A stretch of 64,000 nt of DNA from an uncultured virus (IMG/VR IMGVR_UViG_3300030376_007346) (taxonomy: Duplodnaviria; Heunggongvirae; Uroviricota; Caudoviricetes), in the IMG/VR virus record IMGVR_UViG_3300030376_007346. One strand, 5' to 3'. Position numbers and translations under genes: made by a program. This document shows, one piece after another, positions 28,268 through 38,541 of the stretch. The notes under the pieces were generated by a model. That model did no database searches. It was not told the DNA's origin and was given only the letters and a program-made list of their open reading frames with translations. Position 1 is the first letter of the stretch, and each line of letters opens with the position of its first letter.

Positions 28268-28513
28268 ATGGCTATAAAATCGGAAAAAATAAAAGGTAAG
28301 TTTATTGTAAATGAATATGATTCATCAAATTTAAAAACCACAGAATATAACACTGAAACAAGTGAACTAATTGTGGAGTTTAAGAAGGGTGGGAAATATT
28401 CGTATGATAAGGTACCTATTTCTATTTTTACAAAAATGAGATTAGCGGAAAGTCAAGGTTCTTATTTTTCTAAAAATATTTCTAAAAATTATAAATATAA
28501 AAAATTGTCATAG
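28268..28513 (+). CDS. KTSC-domain protein
   Basis: DSSNL...YN.....L.VEF..G..Y.Y..VP......AES.GSYF. Confidence 0.88.
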   Translation: MAIKSEKIKGKFIVNEYDSSNLKTTEYNTETSELIVEFKKGGKYSYDKVPISIFTKMRLAESQGSYFSKNISKNYKYKKLS

Positions 28514-28539
28514 ATAACTTATTCGTATATTTATTGTAT

Positions 28540-29286
28540 ATGAAGAGTGATAATAAAAAAATAGTAAAGAGTTTTAAAGTACAAGAAGTACTAAACCCTG
28601 ATATTTGGGAAGAATACGGTGAATCGTATAAAATGAATCCAGAAATCAGGGATTCTTTATTAAAGATAGTAGAAGACTATTTAGATTTTGTTGATATTGA
28701 TGTTGATGTGGATGACATAACCCTTACAGGTTCCTTATCTAATTACAACTGGTCTGATTTTTCGGACGTAGATTTACATATTCTTATAGACACACCTAAA
28801 GAAAAAAATTCACTTTTAAAGAAATACTTAGATAGTAGAAGAATTATATGGAATTCTTTACGAGATGTAAAAGTAAAAGATTTTGATGTTGAGGTCTACG
28901 TGCAGGATACTAATGAACCCCACTTTGCTAGTGGAGTTTATTCTGTAATGTACGATGATTGGTTATCAGAACCAAACTATACAGAGTTTAATCTAGAACC
29001 AGAAAAAATATTAAAGAAATCCCAGTTATGGATGGAAAAAATAGATAAGATAGAAGATGATGCAAAACGAAAAGAACCACAAGTGGTACTGGATGACATA
29101 CAAACATTAAAGGATAAATTAAAAACATATAGAGGAACGGGGTTAAAGGATGAAGGAGAGTACTCATATGAGAATTTAACGTTTAAATTTTTACGTAGAA
29201 ATGGGTATATAGGTAAATTACATGATATAAAAAATAAATTAATAGATAAAACTCTTACTGTCGAAGAAAAAGTTTTCGATATTTAG
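28540..29286 (+). CDS. Pol-beta-superfamily nucleotidyltransferase
   Basis: TGSLSNYNW...SDVDLH and later VEVY; likely ATG at 28540. Confidence 0.75.
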   Translation: MKSDNKKIVKSFKVQEVLNPDIWEEYGESYKMNPEIRDSLLKIVEDYLDFVDIDVDVDDITLTGSLSNYNWSDFSDVDLHILIDTPKEKNSLLKKYLDSRRIIWNSLRDVKVKDFDVEVYVQDTNEPHFASGVYSVMYDDWLSEPNYTEFNLEPEKILKKSQLWMEKIDKIEDDAKRKEPQVVLDDIQTLKDKLKTYRGTGLKDEGEYSYENLTFKFLRRNGYIGKLHDIKNKLIDKTLTVEEKVFDI

Positions 29287-29316
29287 ATATATTTATAATA
29301 AAATAATTAATTAATT

Positions 29317-29697
29317 ATGGCAGGAGGAAACTATGGAGGAATGTCCACACCAACCACCCCAGTAGGAGGTGGCGACTTGTTAGCTGGTAAAACTACTACT
29401 TACAAGGATTATTTATGCACAACCATAGTTGCATCAGGAACTTCCGCTACATTTGGATATAAAGGGGTTAGTTACGCTATTGGGGGTATTGGTGAACAAA
29501 TAGATATGGTTGTTTCACCTGCTGACCTAACCGCAGTAAGTAACGTATATTTTTTATGTTATAAATGTAGTTGTGATGGACCAATGACAGGTAACACAGA
29601 TTCCAATGTGTCATCCGCATATAATAACTCATTCTATTCTGGAAGGACACCTATACAACAGGTTACCTTTTTAGGTATGGGAGGAAATCAGAATTAA
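29317..29697 (+). CDS. Hypothetical protein, probably structural
   Basis: 126 aa, G/T/S-rich; ATATTTATA at 29289. Confidence 0.7.
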   Translation: MAGGNYGGMSTPTTPVGGGDLLAGKTTTYKDYLCTTIVASGTSATFGYKGVSYAIGGIGEQIDMVVSPADLTAVSNVYFLCYKCSCDGPMTGNTDSNVSSAYNNSFYSGRTPIQQVTFLGMGGNQN

Positions 29698-29725
29698 AAT
29701 AAAAAAATTTAAAAAATAAATTAAA

Positions 29726-30901
29726 ATGGGAAGACTAAAACCTATAGGTAGTGAAAAATTAAAAGGGCAAGATAAGATTAATAGAATCATGGAAATTGCT
29801 CGTTACAATGAAGTAACAAAAAATGTTGAGAATCACGTACAAACCAACTCCTTTAGTCAAAAGGGAGCTGATGGAAACGTATACGCAATTATTCAGGAAC
29901 GTGATGGATACTACTTAAAATGTGGTATTAATGAATCAGAATTAGACTATGTTAGTGGTATGATGAACAAAAAAAGAGATAGGTTTAAGAGTTACGGTGC
30001 AGCCCTTAAAAGAATGAATCTAATCTTTAAACCAATTAACGAAGAATATAATGAAGGTAAAGGTCATAGTATGTATGACGAAATGGAAGAACAAGAAAAA
30101 TTTGTTTTAAATGTGCCTAATGAAGATGGTGACGAAGAAATGGATATGGGTGATGATATGGGTAGTGAAGAATTAGATATGGATGTTGATATGGATGTTG
30201 ATATGGAAGATGAGTCTGGGGATGAAGAATTAGATATGGATGTTGATGTGGAAACAGATGAAGAAGGTGGTGAAGAAGATATGGAAGGATTCATGAAACC
30301 AATTCAAAAGTTAACAGGAAAATTAGGACAAAAATTAAGAGATGTTGAAGAAGAGTTAGGTAGTGCTGATATTAAGTACGTATTAAATTCGGTAATTTCT
30401 GCAGTAGACTTAGACAATTTAGATGAGGACGACAGAGAAGACATACTAGATAGATTCGAAGAGGATGAGACAGCGTATGGTGATGAGGAAGTTGTAGATG
30501 ATATTGATATGGGTGACGAAGATATGGGTGACGAAGAAGAATTAGATATGGATATGGATGTAGAAATGGGTGATGATGAAATAGAAGACGAAGAAGAATT
30601 AGCTATGGAATCATTAAAGAATAGGGTTTCTAATTTACTAGAATCTTACATAGAGAAAAAAAAAGTAGTTAAAAAAGAAATAACTCCCCAGGATTACATT
30701 AAAAACACCCTAAACCAGATAGAGGGTAAAAAAAAAATAAAGGAACACTATAAAACTATTGACCAGGAATTAGGAACTAAAAAATTCTTAAAAGAAAATA
30801 AAGAATTTAAATTTGCCGGAACTAGTAAAAGTAACATAGTGTTAAAATCCAAAAAAGAACAAGTTTTAATAAATAAAAAAGGTTTCGTTATTGAAAAATA
30901 A
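29726..30901 (+). CDS. Highly acidic head-module protein (prohead core candidate)
   Basis: KINRIMEIA motif; EELDMDVDM-type repeats; position before terminase. Confidence 0.7.
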   Translation: MGRLKPIGSEKLKGQDKINRIMEIARYNEVTKNVENHVQTNSFSQKGADGNVYAIIQERDGYYLKCGINESELDYVSGMMNKKRDRFKSYGAALKRMNLIFKPINEEYNEGKGHSMYDEMEEQEKFVLNVPNEDGDEEMDMGDDMGSEELDMDVDMDVDMEDESGDEELDMDVDVETDEEGGEEDMEGFMKPIQKLTGKLGQKLRDVEEELGSADIKYVLNSVISAVDLDNLDEDDREDILDRFEEDETAYGDEEVVDDIDMGDEDMGDEEELDMDMDVEMGDDEIEDEEELAMESLKNRVSNLLESYIEKKKVVKKEITPQDYIKNTLNQIEGKKKIKEHYKTIDQELGTKKFLKENKEFKFAGTSKSNIVLKSKKEQVLINKKGFVIEK

Positions 30902-31311
30902 TGAAATTATTATTTATAAATGAGTTAGGACCTAACTATAAAAACGAAAATACATACGAATTTATATTTGGGGAAAATATAGAAGAAATTTGGGGTGATG
31001 ATTGGGATGCAAAACCATCACATGGTAAACCAGGACCACCCGAAATACAATATATAGAAAGTGTGGGTGTACTTAAAACTGATAAAATAATATTAGATTT
31101 AGTACAAAATTCTGATTATTTCGGGATGGAACACGCTTTAGACGGGGTAATAGCTTTAGGTTGGGAAACCTATGAGGACTCTTACACTGATGGGGATGAA
31201 GAGAGACTGGTATTTCATTTTACCGACTCACTTCAGAAAGTTAAAGATAAATTATATGCTAGAGATATAATATTAAAATTTGATAAAATTTTAACAAATG
31301 CCACAAACTAG
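30901..31311 (+). CDS. Hypothetical protein
   Basis: 136 aa, start overlaps previous stop. Confidence 0.75.
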   Translation: MKLLFINELGPNYKNENTYEFIFGENIEEIWGDDWDAKPSHGKPGPPEIQYIESVGVLKTDKIILDLVQNSDYFGMEHALDGVIALGWETYEDSYTDGDEERLVFHFTDSLQKVKDKLYARDIILKFDKILTNATN

Positions 31312-32278
31312 AAAAAAACTAATCAGTAAATTAATAAATGAAGGGTTCACACATAGGACCCTATCTTTGTTTTCAGACGAACAACTAAAACATTTAAGTA
31401 AAAAATTATTTAAAGAACAGGTAACCGATAAAGAAATAAAAGACAAAGAAAAAGAATTAGCGGGTTTATATATAGCAAAAGCAGCAGAGCTAGAAGAGGA
31501 TGAAACAGAGGAGGAGTTAGATATAGAAACTGATGAGACTGGTAATCCGGATGTTGAGATAGATGGTACACCACTTTTAAGAGAAAAAGAAATAGAAGAA
31601 AAATTTGCGAGTAAAGCACAACAAAAATATCTTTACGCTATAAATCCCGCAGCAGCTGAAAAATTAGCTTCTAAGATGACTAAAAAGGATTATGAAGATT
31701 TACCAGAAAAAGTAAATGAAGAAGAAATGTTAGAACAGTGGGTAACATCTTTAGTTGAAAAACACAATAGACCAGAAATAAGTAAGAAAAATTTCATTAA
31801 AACAATTAAAGAAAATTTAACTAAACCTATAATAGGTACTGAAGCACAAAACGATTCCTTTAAGACAGTAGTGGAAATTGGTGAAGAGATGGAACCAGTT
31901 ATGATGGTAAATATAGATGGTTTTGACGGTGACGGACATTTAAATGGTTATTTAAAAAGTGACCAAAGTGACGATGTTATAGAATTAAATATTTGTCCTG
32001 CAGGTGACATCAAATTAAATGGTATGAATGTTGGTGAAACTGAACTCGTAGAAACTGATAGAGATAATCAGGGGGAGTATATTGGAGCACCTGAAGCCAC
32101 GACAGCACCGGTAAAAACTCCAACCATCGCACCAACAAAACCAGGAGAGAAAAAAAGAAGAGGTCCGTTTGAAAGGCCAAAAACAAAACCAAAACCTAAA
32201 GCCAAAGGAAATGACTCTCCATTACCAGATTGGTTAAAATCAACTAATTTGGGTAAAGCATTAACACAACATGGCTAA
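31298..32278 (+). CDS. Hypothetical protein with Pro/Lys-rich tail
   Basis: 326 aa; many [LIV]xE motifs. Confidence 0.75.
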   Translation: MPQTRKKLISKLINEGFTHRTLSLFSDEQLKHLSKKLFKEQVTDKEIKDKEKELAGLYIAKAAELEEDETEEELDIETDETGNPDVEIDGTPLLREKEIEEKFASKAQQKYLYAINPAAAEKLASKMTKKDYEDLPEKVNEEEMLEQWVTSLVEKHNRPEISKKNFIKTIKENLTKPIIGTEAQNDSFKTVVEIGEEMEPVMMVNIDGFDGDGHLNGYLKSDQSDDVIELNICPAGDIKLNGMNVGETELVETDRDNQGEYIGAPEATTAPVKTPTIAPTKPGEKKRRGPFERPKTKPKPKAKGNDSPLPDWLKSTNLGKALTQHG

Positions 32279-33590
32279 GAAAAAATTAAATGAGGCACCC
32301 CCTATTGATTATGGTGCGGGTAGAGAAAGAATGTCACCAGACATCGAAAGAAAATTAGGGTCCCAAGACCACCCACTCGGTGGACATCAAGCATTTCCAG
32401 ATGTAGACAAAGACGGTATTCCCGATAATTTTGAAGAATTAATAGCATCCCAAAGATTCCAAGACGTTGTACAAAAAGTAAAAGATGCGACAGGGGTAGA
32501 AAACATTGACCCACAAACTTTTATGTCTTTACAACCAATGTTAATGCAAGCAGCAAGAAGAGTTATGGAAATAGAATCCCAAAACAGAGAAACTCTAGAA
32601 AATTTAGCTGTAGAGTTAGTGGTGGGTGAAATGGGTATACCAGAAGGAGATTTACAATTTGACGCAAAACTCGAAAAACCTAATACTTCGGGAATGCAAA
32701 TGAAACCTCAAAAAAAGAAGAAAAAAGAACCAGAATTCCCTAACTTTGAAATGGAAGATGAAGCGGCAAAAAGACTCCAGAAATTAGATTTAGAAAAACA
32801 AAAAAGAAGGTTTATAAATTCCTTGATACAAGGGTCAGCAAAAAAAGCACACTATATGTACCATTTAGTTAATGAAAAACTAAATGATATTAATCCAGAT
32901 TTAGTCGGTTTGTACTCTATAGTAATGTCAGTAAATGACTTACTTTATTGGGTGATGCCAGATATGGAAGGTATGATGGGTGGAGGAGGAGCAGAATCTG
33001 CAATGGCTGGAAAAGAAGAACTAGACTTGGAAACAGACCCCCCAACAATTAAAGCAACAGGACTCATGTTCCCTATTTTAGTTCATGAATTATATAAAGG
33101 GGTTATGGAATATATATCAGCTCATGGTTTACCTTCAGACCCAGAAATGGCAGATGAGGTAATTGGAATGGAAGATACATTACCAGCAGAAGTATGGGAC
33201 TTAAGATTAGGACCAATAATCTGGGAAAAATTTTTAGAAGTTTATCCAGATAACTTTTTTGATATGGAGGAACAAAAAAGAATTAAAAACTACTTCTATT
33301 TTAAATTTGTAAGTTTGGAAGCTGAAGAATTCCTTAAATTAGCTAAAGAGATATTATCTGGTAGCCAAAAAGGTAAAGACCAAGTTAAGAAAATGGTCGA
33401 TGATATTGTCAAACAGTTAAAACAAGAAGACTATGAGGACGTTTCCGGTGAAACTCCTACACCGATAGACGATACACCACCAAGTCCGGAAGTAGAAGAA
33501 TTAGATATGGACACCATTTTAGACAAAATAAATAAAACGGGGATGGATTCTTTAACAAAAGCCGAAAAAGACTTTTTATATAACTTGTAA
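32271..33590 (+). CDS. Hypothetical protein with C-terminal DUF6576-like module
   Basis: LDMDTILDKINKTGMDSLTKAEKDFL; internal HELYKG. Confidence 0.7.
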   Translation: MAKKKLNEAPPIDYGAGRERMSPDIERKLGSQDHPLGGHQAFPDVDKDGIPDNFEELIASQRFQDVVQKVKDATGVENIDPQTFMSLQPMLMQAARRVMEIESQNRETLENLAVELVVGEMGIPEGDLQFDAKLEKPNTSGMQMKPQKKKKKEPEFPNFEMEDEAAKRLQKLDLEKQKRRFINSLIQGSAKKAHYMYHLVNEKLNDINPDLVGLYSIVMSVNDLLYWVMPDMEGMMGGGGAESAMAGKEELDLETDPPTIKATGLMFPILVHELYKGVMEYISAHGLPSDPEMADEVIGMEDTLPAEVWDLRLGPIIWEKFLEVYPDNFFDMEEQKRIKNYFYFKFVSLEAEEFLKLAKEILSGSQKGKDQVKKMVDDIVKQLKQEDYEDVSGETPTPIDDTPPSPEVEELDMDTILDKINKTGMDSLTKAEKDFLYNL

Positions 33591-33621
33591 AGGGTTAATA
33601 ATTTTCTGATATTTATAGCAT

Positions 33622-35352
33622 ATGGACAAACAAGAGTTGATAAAAGAATATGCTAGATGCCTTCAAGACACTAACTACGCGATTAAAACTTATTTAGAGA
33701 CATACGATAACACCCAATCTAAATACGTTCCTTTTAATTTATTTCCTGAACAGGAAATGATGTTAAAGAATTTTGATACGTATAATGATAATATCACTAA
33801 AAAGTATCGACAGGCGGGGGTGTCCACAGCTACCGCAGCCTGGGTATCCAAGAAACTACAATTTGCGTCTAAAAATAAACCAGAAAAAATTCTAATAATT
33901 GCAAATAAATTAGATACAGCTTCTGAATTTGCAAATAAAGTAAGAGGTTTTTTAAATCAATGGCCTGACTGGATTAACGTGGGATTTTCTAAAGAAAAAG
34001 ATTCTCAAAAACACTTTAAACTACAAAATGGTAGTGAGGTAAAAGCTGTTGCAACTTCTGTGGACGCACTTAGAGGGTTCACACCAACAACACTTATTTT
34101 TGATGAAGCTGCTTATATAGAGGCGGGAGATGATTTCTGGGCAGCTTGTATGGCATCTCTTTCTACTGGTGGTAAAGTAATCGTAATATCTACCCCTAAT
34201 GGATACGATAAAATTTATTATGAAATTTACGAACAATCAATAAAAGGATTAAATAGTTTTCACATATCTGAATTACATTGGGAAAATGACCCTAGATTCA
34301 CTAAAGATTTATATTGGGTTAAGACAAAAGATATTGTACATTTTTTATTGAATATAGAGGATTATGATGAAAATGAGTTTATTCATGAAAAAGACTTAAC
34401 TAAGTTTACTGATTTAAAACAAAAGGGTTATAAACCTTGTTCTTCGTGGTTTGAAAGTATGGTTAAAAAACTTAAGTACGATAGAAGGAAGGTTTCACAG
34501 GAACTAGAAAGTGCTTTTTTAGGTTCTGGAGATAATGTAATACCCGTAGAAACAATAGAAAGAATAAAAAATGAAGACATTAGAGAACCTGAAGAAATGT
34601 TTGTTGGAAACCAACTCTGGGTTTGGGAAAAACCAAAAGAGGGGCATAGGTATATTTTAGGTTGTGATGTGAGTAGAGGAGATTCAGAAGATTTTACATC
34701 TATAATAATAATAGATTTTGATGATAGAACTCAGGTTTTAGAATACTTAGGTAAGATACCACCAGATTTGGCGGCTGACATTATATATAAATGGGGTACT
34801 ATGTATAAAGCTTATGTTGTTACAGACATTACCGGTGGTATGGGTGTAGCGACCTCTAGAAAATTACAGGAACTAGGATACAAAGACCTATATGTGGAAG
34901 GGATGAATACCGCCGATAAATGGAAATACAACCCAAATAACGGTAGTAAAACACCAGGATTAGCATTTAATAATAAAAGAAGTCAAATTGTGGCGGCATT
35001 TGAAGAGTCACTAAGACACAAATTTACTATACGTTCCAAAAGACTCCTAAATGAATTACATACATTTGTTTATATAAATGGAAAACCTAATCACATGAAA
35101 GGTAAACATGATGACTTAATAATGGCAATTGCTATGGCACTATATGTGGGTGAAAATTCTTTTTCTCAGTTACAAAAAGCAAATAATCTAACTAAAGCTA
35201 TGTTAGATAGTTGGACTACGAGTGAAAAAGTTAGTGAAAGTACTGACACCCCACAACAAAATAAACCATTATTTGGATTGCCTGGTAATCAAAATACCGA
35301 CAGTAAACAGATGTATAAAGATTACGGTTGGTTATTCGGTAAGGTCCGATAA
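33622..35352 (+). CDS. terL: Terminase large subunit (T4 gp17-like)
   Basis: KYRQAGVST, LIFDEAA, ISTPNG, nuclease GCDVSRG and HDDLIMA. Confidence 0.93.
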   Translation: MDKQELIKEYARCLQDTNYAIKTYLETYDNTQSKYVPFNLFPEQEMMLKNFDTYNDNITKKYRQAGVSTATAAWVSKKLQFASKNKPEKILIIANKLDTASEFANKVRGFLNQWPDWINVGFSKEKDSQKHFKLQNGSEVKAVATSVDALRGFTPTTLIFDEAAYIEAGDDFWAACMASLSTGGKVIVISTPNGYDKIYYEIYEQSIKGLNSFHISELHWENDPRFTKDLYWVKTKDIVHFLLNIEDYDENEFIHEKDLTKFTDLKQKGYKPCSSWFESMVKKLKYDRRKVSQELESAFLGSGDNVIPVETIERIKNEDIREPEEMFVGNQLWVWEKPKEGHRYILGCDVSRGDSEDFTSIIIIDFDDRTQVLEYLGKIPPDLAADIIYKWGTMYKAYVVTDITGGMGVATSRKLQELGYKDLYVEGMNTADKWKYNPNNGSKTPGLAFNNKRSQIVAAFEESLRHKFTIRSKRLLNELHTFVYINGKPNHMKGKHDDLIMAIAMALYVGENSFSQLQKANNLTKAMLDSWTTSEKVSESTDTPQQNKPLFGLPGNQNTDSKQMYKDYGWLFGKVR

Positions 35353-35396
35353 AAAATGATTGACTATTTATAATATAATCAGTATTATTAATTACT

Positions 35397-37232
35397 ATGG
35401 CAGATAACTTAACGATATACCAAAGACTAGGGAAACTATTTGGTCCAGAAGGGCCCAACAAAGTAGAACCCTCTTACCAAAAATTTAATATAGGGTCTTC
35501 AGAAATACTAAAAACGGACTCCAAACAAGAATTTGAAGAAAAAAAACTTCAAATGCAACAATCATTATATCTATCTAATCAATGGCAAAAAATAGATAAT
35601 GAACTTTATACTAAGTCTATTTACTACGAACCAACTAGGTTAGCATCTTATTACGATTATGAGTCTATGGAGTTTACACCAGAAATCTCTGCGGCTTTGG
35701 ACATTTATTCTGAAGAGTGTACGACACCATCAGAAAAAGGTTATATATTGAGTATATATTCTGAATCCACTAGAATCAAATCTATACTAGGTGACCTTTT
35801 TAATAACATTCTAGATGTCAATACAAACTTACCTATGTGGATTAGAAATACATGTAAGTACGGTGACAATTTTGTTTACTTAAAAATTGATGCGGAAAAA
35901 GGTATTGTAGGTTGTAACCAACTACCTAATATTGAAATGGAAAGAAGTGAAGGGCACAGTTACCTAAACCAACTAAGCAATGATTCTGATGACGACCATA
36001 TAGTTAAATTTAAATGGAGAGAAAAAGAATTGACCTTTAATTCTTGGGAAATTGCTCATTTTAGGTTATTGGGTGATGATAGAAGGTTACCTTATGGTAC
36101 ATCTATGTTGGAGAAGGCAAGAAGAATATGGAAACAATTATTATTGGCGGAAGATGCTATGTTAGTTTATAGGACATCTCGAGCTCCAGAAAGAAGAGTG
36201 TTTAAGATATTCGTGGGTAATATGGACGATAAAGATGTGGAGGCTTATATACAAAAAGTAGCTAATAAATTTAAAAGAGACCCAGTCGTTGACCCAGCTA
36301 ATGGTAATGTTGATTTAAGAATGAACCAAATGGCGGTAGACCAAGATTATTTTATACCAGTAAGAGACCAAGCAGCAGCGAGTCCCATAGATACTTTACC
36401 TGGTGCCACTAACTTAAGTGAGATTGCTGATATAGAATATATCCAGAAAAAACTTTTAGCATCATTACGAATACCTAAAGCCTTTTTAGGTTTTGAGGAA
36501 GTTGTAGGTGAAGGTAAAAATTTAGCACTACTAGACATTAGATTTGCTCGTACCATTAATAGGATACAAAAAGCTATAATACAAGAATTAAATAAAATAG
36601 CCATTATTCATCTATACGTATTAGGTTTTGAAGACGAATTAGAAAATTTCTCATTAGGTCTTACAAATCCATCAACCCAAGCTGAGTTACTAAAATTAGA
36701 ACAATGGCAAACTAAAATAACTTTATATAAGGATGCGGTGGGTGACCCTGGAAGTGGAATAGCACCAGTATCCGCTACATGGGCAAAGAAATTTATTTTA
36801 GGTATGAGTGATGAAGAAATTAAATTAGATTTACAACAACAAAGATTTGAAAAAGCTTTATCTGGTGAATTAGAAAAAACCGGAGAAACAATTAAGAAAA
36901 CAGGATTATTTAATACAGTAGATAAATTGTATGGTGAACCCCCAACCGAAGAGGGTGGTGGAGATATAGCAGCAGATGAACCAGGTTTAGATATGGGTAG
37001 TGAAGATGTAGCTGATTTTGATATGGGTGGTCCAGAAACTGAAGCTCCAGGAGCGGGTGAGGAAGTTACAGAACCAGTAGCCGCAGCGGAGACTTATAAT
37101 CAAGAGAAAGGATTACCACTATTAATGGAAGAAAAAGGGTTATCTTTAGAAGGTTTAGAAGAGATAAGAAACAGAACCAATAGTAGTATCGATAGTATTA
37201 ATAAAGAAGTTAAGTCATTATTAGAAGATTAA
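35397..37232 (+). CDS. Portal protein (T4 gp20-like)
   Basis: EDAMLVYR.SRAPERRVFKI.VGN, DYFIPVR, IDTLPG, LRIP motifs. Confidence 0.95.
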   Translation: MADNLTIYQRLGKLFGPEGPNKVEPSYQKFNIGSSEILKTDSKQEFEEKKLQMQQSLYLSNQWQKIDNELYTKSIYYEPTRLASYYDYESMEFTPEISAALDIYSEECTTPSEKGYILSIYSESTRIKSILGDLFNNILDVNTNLPMWIRNTCKYGDNFVYLKIDAEKGIVGCNQLPNIEMERSEGHSYLNQLSNDSDDDHIVKFKWREKELTFNSWEIAHFRLLGDDRRLPYGTSMLEKARRIWKQLLLAEDAMLVYRTSRAPERRVFKIFVGNMDDKDVEAYIQKVANKFKRDPVVDPANGNVDLRMNQMAVDQDYFIPVRDQAAASPIDTLPGATNLSEIADIEYIQKKLLASLRIPKAFLGFEEVVGEGKNLALLDIRFARTINRIQKAIIQELNKIAIIHLYVLGFEDELENFSLGLTNPSTQAELLKLEQWQTKITLYKDAVGDPGSGIAPVSATWAKKFILGMSDEEIKLDLQQQRFEKALSGELEKTGETIKKTGLFNTVDKLYGEPPTEEGGGDIAADEPGLDMGSEDVADFDMGGPETEAPGAGEEVTEPVAAAETYNQEKGLPLLMEEKGLSLEGLEEIRNRTNSSIDSINKEVKSLLED

Positions 37233-37257
37233 CGATATTTATTATAAAAATACGCTT

Positions 37258-38004
37258 ATGAAAAGTTTTTCACATTACAAAACTAGTTTGGACAATATTC
37301 TAGAAAATTCTTTTAAAAAAGACAAAGAATTATTTAAAAAAAATTTATCGGTTATTATGGGTGCAATCAAATTCTCTAAACCACTCAGAGAGTTTTTCAC
37401 ATTATATAATGAAATAGAAAGTAAAGAATTTTCATCTAAAGATGAAAGTAAATCATACTTAACTGAAGCATTAAATTTCCTCAGAGATAACAAAAACAAA
37501 TTAAAAAAAGTAACACCAATACTAGATAAGATTATTGAGGATAGGAAAGAATTGTGTAAGGAGACAAAAAATACTATCTATGGAAAAATAGATAATATTG
37601 TATTTAATACTAATGTAAAAAACATAGAAAATATAACCAAAGATAAAAATTATCTATGTGAAAGTATGTCAAATAGAAGTACTAAAAAAATAACACGTAT
37701 AACTAACCCTAAAATACTATCTAAGGTATTAAGTAAAAATTATAAAGAAGCTTACGATGGGTCATTAACTGAATCACAAAAAAATATTCTTAAGAATACT
37801 TTACTGATGACAGAAGATACCTTAAATAACGAATTTAAAAATATTAAAGATATCGCTCTTAACAAGTTAGATACTTTAATCTCCGAATCCAAAGAGGATG
37901 GTCTCTCAGTAAAATTAGTAGAGGTAAAAAATGAAATACTAACGTTAAATCCAACAAAAAAATCATATATTAAGGTTAGGGGCCTTGTAGAGGACTTGAA
38001 GTAA
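37258..38004 (+). CDS. Hypothetical head-module protein
   Basis: 248 aa between portal and protease; ATATTTATT at 37235. Confidence 0.75.
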   Translation: MKSFSHYKTSLDNILENSFKKDKELFKKNLSVIMGAIKFSKPLREFFTLYNEIESKEFSSKDESKSYLTEALNFLRDNKNKLKKVTPILDKIIEDRKELCKETKNTIYGKIDNIVFNTNVKNIENITKDKNYLCESMSNRSTKKITRITNPKILSKVLSKNYKEAYDGSLTESQKNILKNTLLMTEDTLNNEFKNIKDIALNKLDTLISESKEDGLSVKLVEVKNEILTLNPTKKSYIKVRGLVEDLK

Positions 38005-38045
38005 AGACCTACATTTTTTATATTTTAGTATAAAAAATATTATAT

Positions 38046-38483
38046 ATGTTAAAACAAGGAAGAGAAGTAAAAACCCAATTATCAGAAGTATTTAGAACAT
38101 CGTATGGTACGGTAGATATGTCTAATTTAAAATCTGTATTTGTTAATTTATCTACATGGGCAGAACCATTAGAAGATAAAGAATCATGGGTAAGACCAAT
38201 TAAAAAATTCGAAAATAGAATAAAAAACTCACTACACGGCCAATTAAAAGAAACACCATTTAAAGATAAAGCAATAGTAGACTTAGATTTACGTGCTAGT
38301 GGAATAAAAACTGGTAAAAGAAGTTTTATGAGGTGTGAAATAACTCTATTCATAGACAGTAAAAATAAATTTAACATAAAATCCCCTTTTATATCTACAC
38401 CCATTAAAACTATAACCACTAATCTTATAGAAAAATCTATTCTACCATCAACCACTTTTACATTCCACAAAACTAAAAAATAA
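38046..38483 (+). CDS. Hypothetical protein
   Basis: 145 aa, collinear with the head module. Confidence 0.7.
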   Translation: MLKQGREVKTQLSEVFRTSYGTVDMSNLKSVFVNLSTWAEPLEDKESWVRPIKKFENRIKNSLHGQLKETPFKDKAIVDLDLRASGIKTGKRSFMRCEITLFIDSKNKFNIKSPFISTPIKTITTNLIEKSILPSTTFTFHKTKK

Positions 38484-38541
38484 TAGATACTTTTAAACTA
38501 AGTTTTTTGTTTTGTATTTATATTTATAAATAAACTAGTTT

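Noticed and set aside
30135..30600. Short DNA repeats (gatatggatgtt) as a possible CRISPR or VNTR
   Set aside because: In-frame, encoding acidic low-complexity protein; no repeat-spacer structure. No CRISPR array was seen in the window
33622..37232. Intein or intron in terminase or portal
   Set aside because: Lengths are ordinary, frames are uninterrupted and no splicing motifs were seen
38018..38470. 150-aa minus-strand ORF
   Set aside because: Almost entirely overlaps the collinear plus-strand ORF 38046-38483 in the head operon
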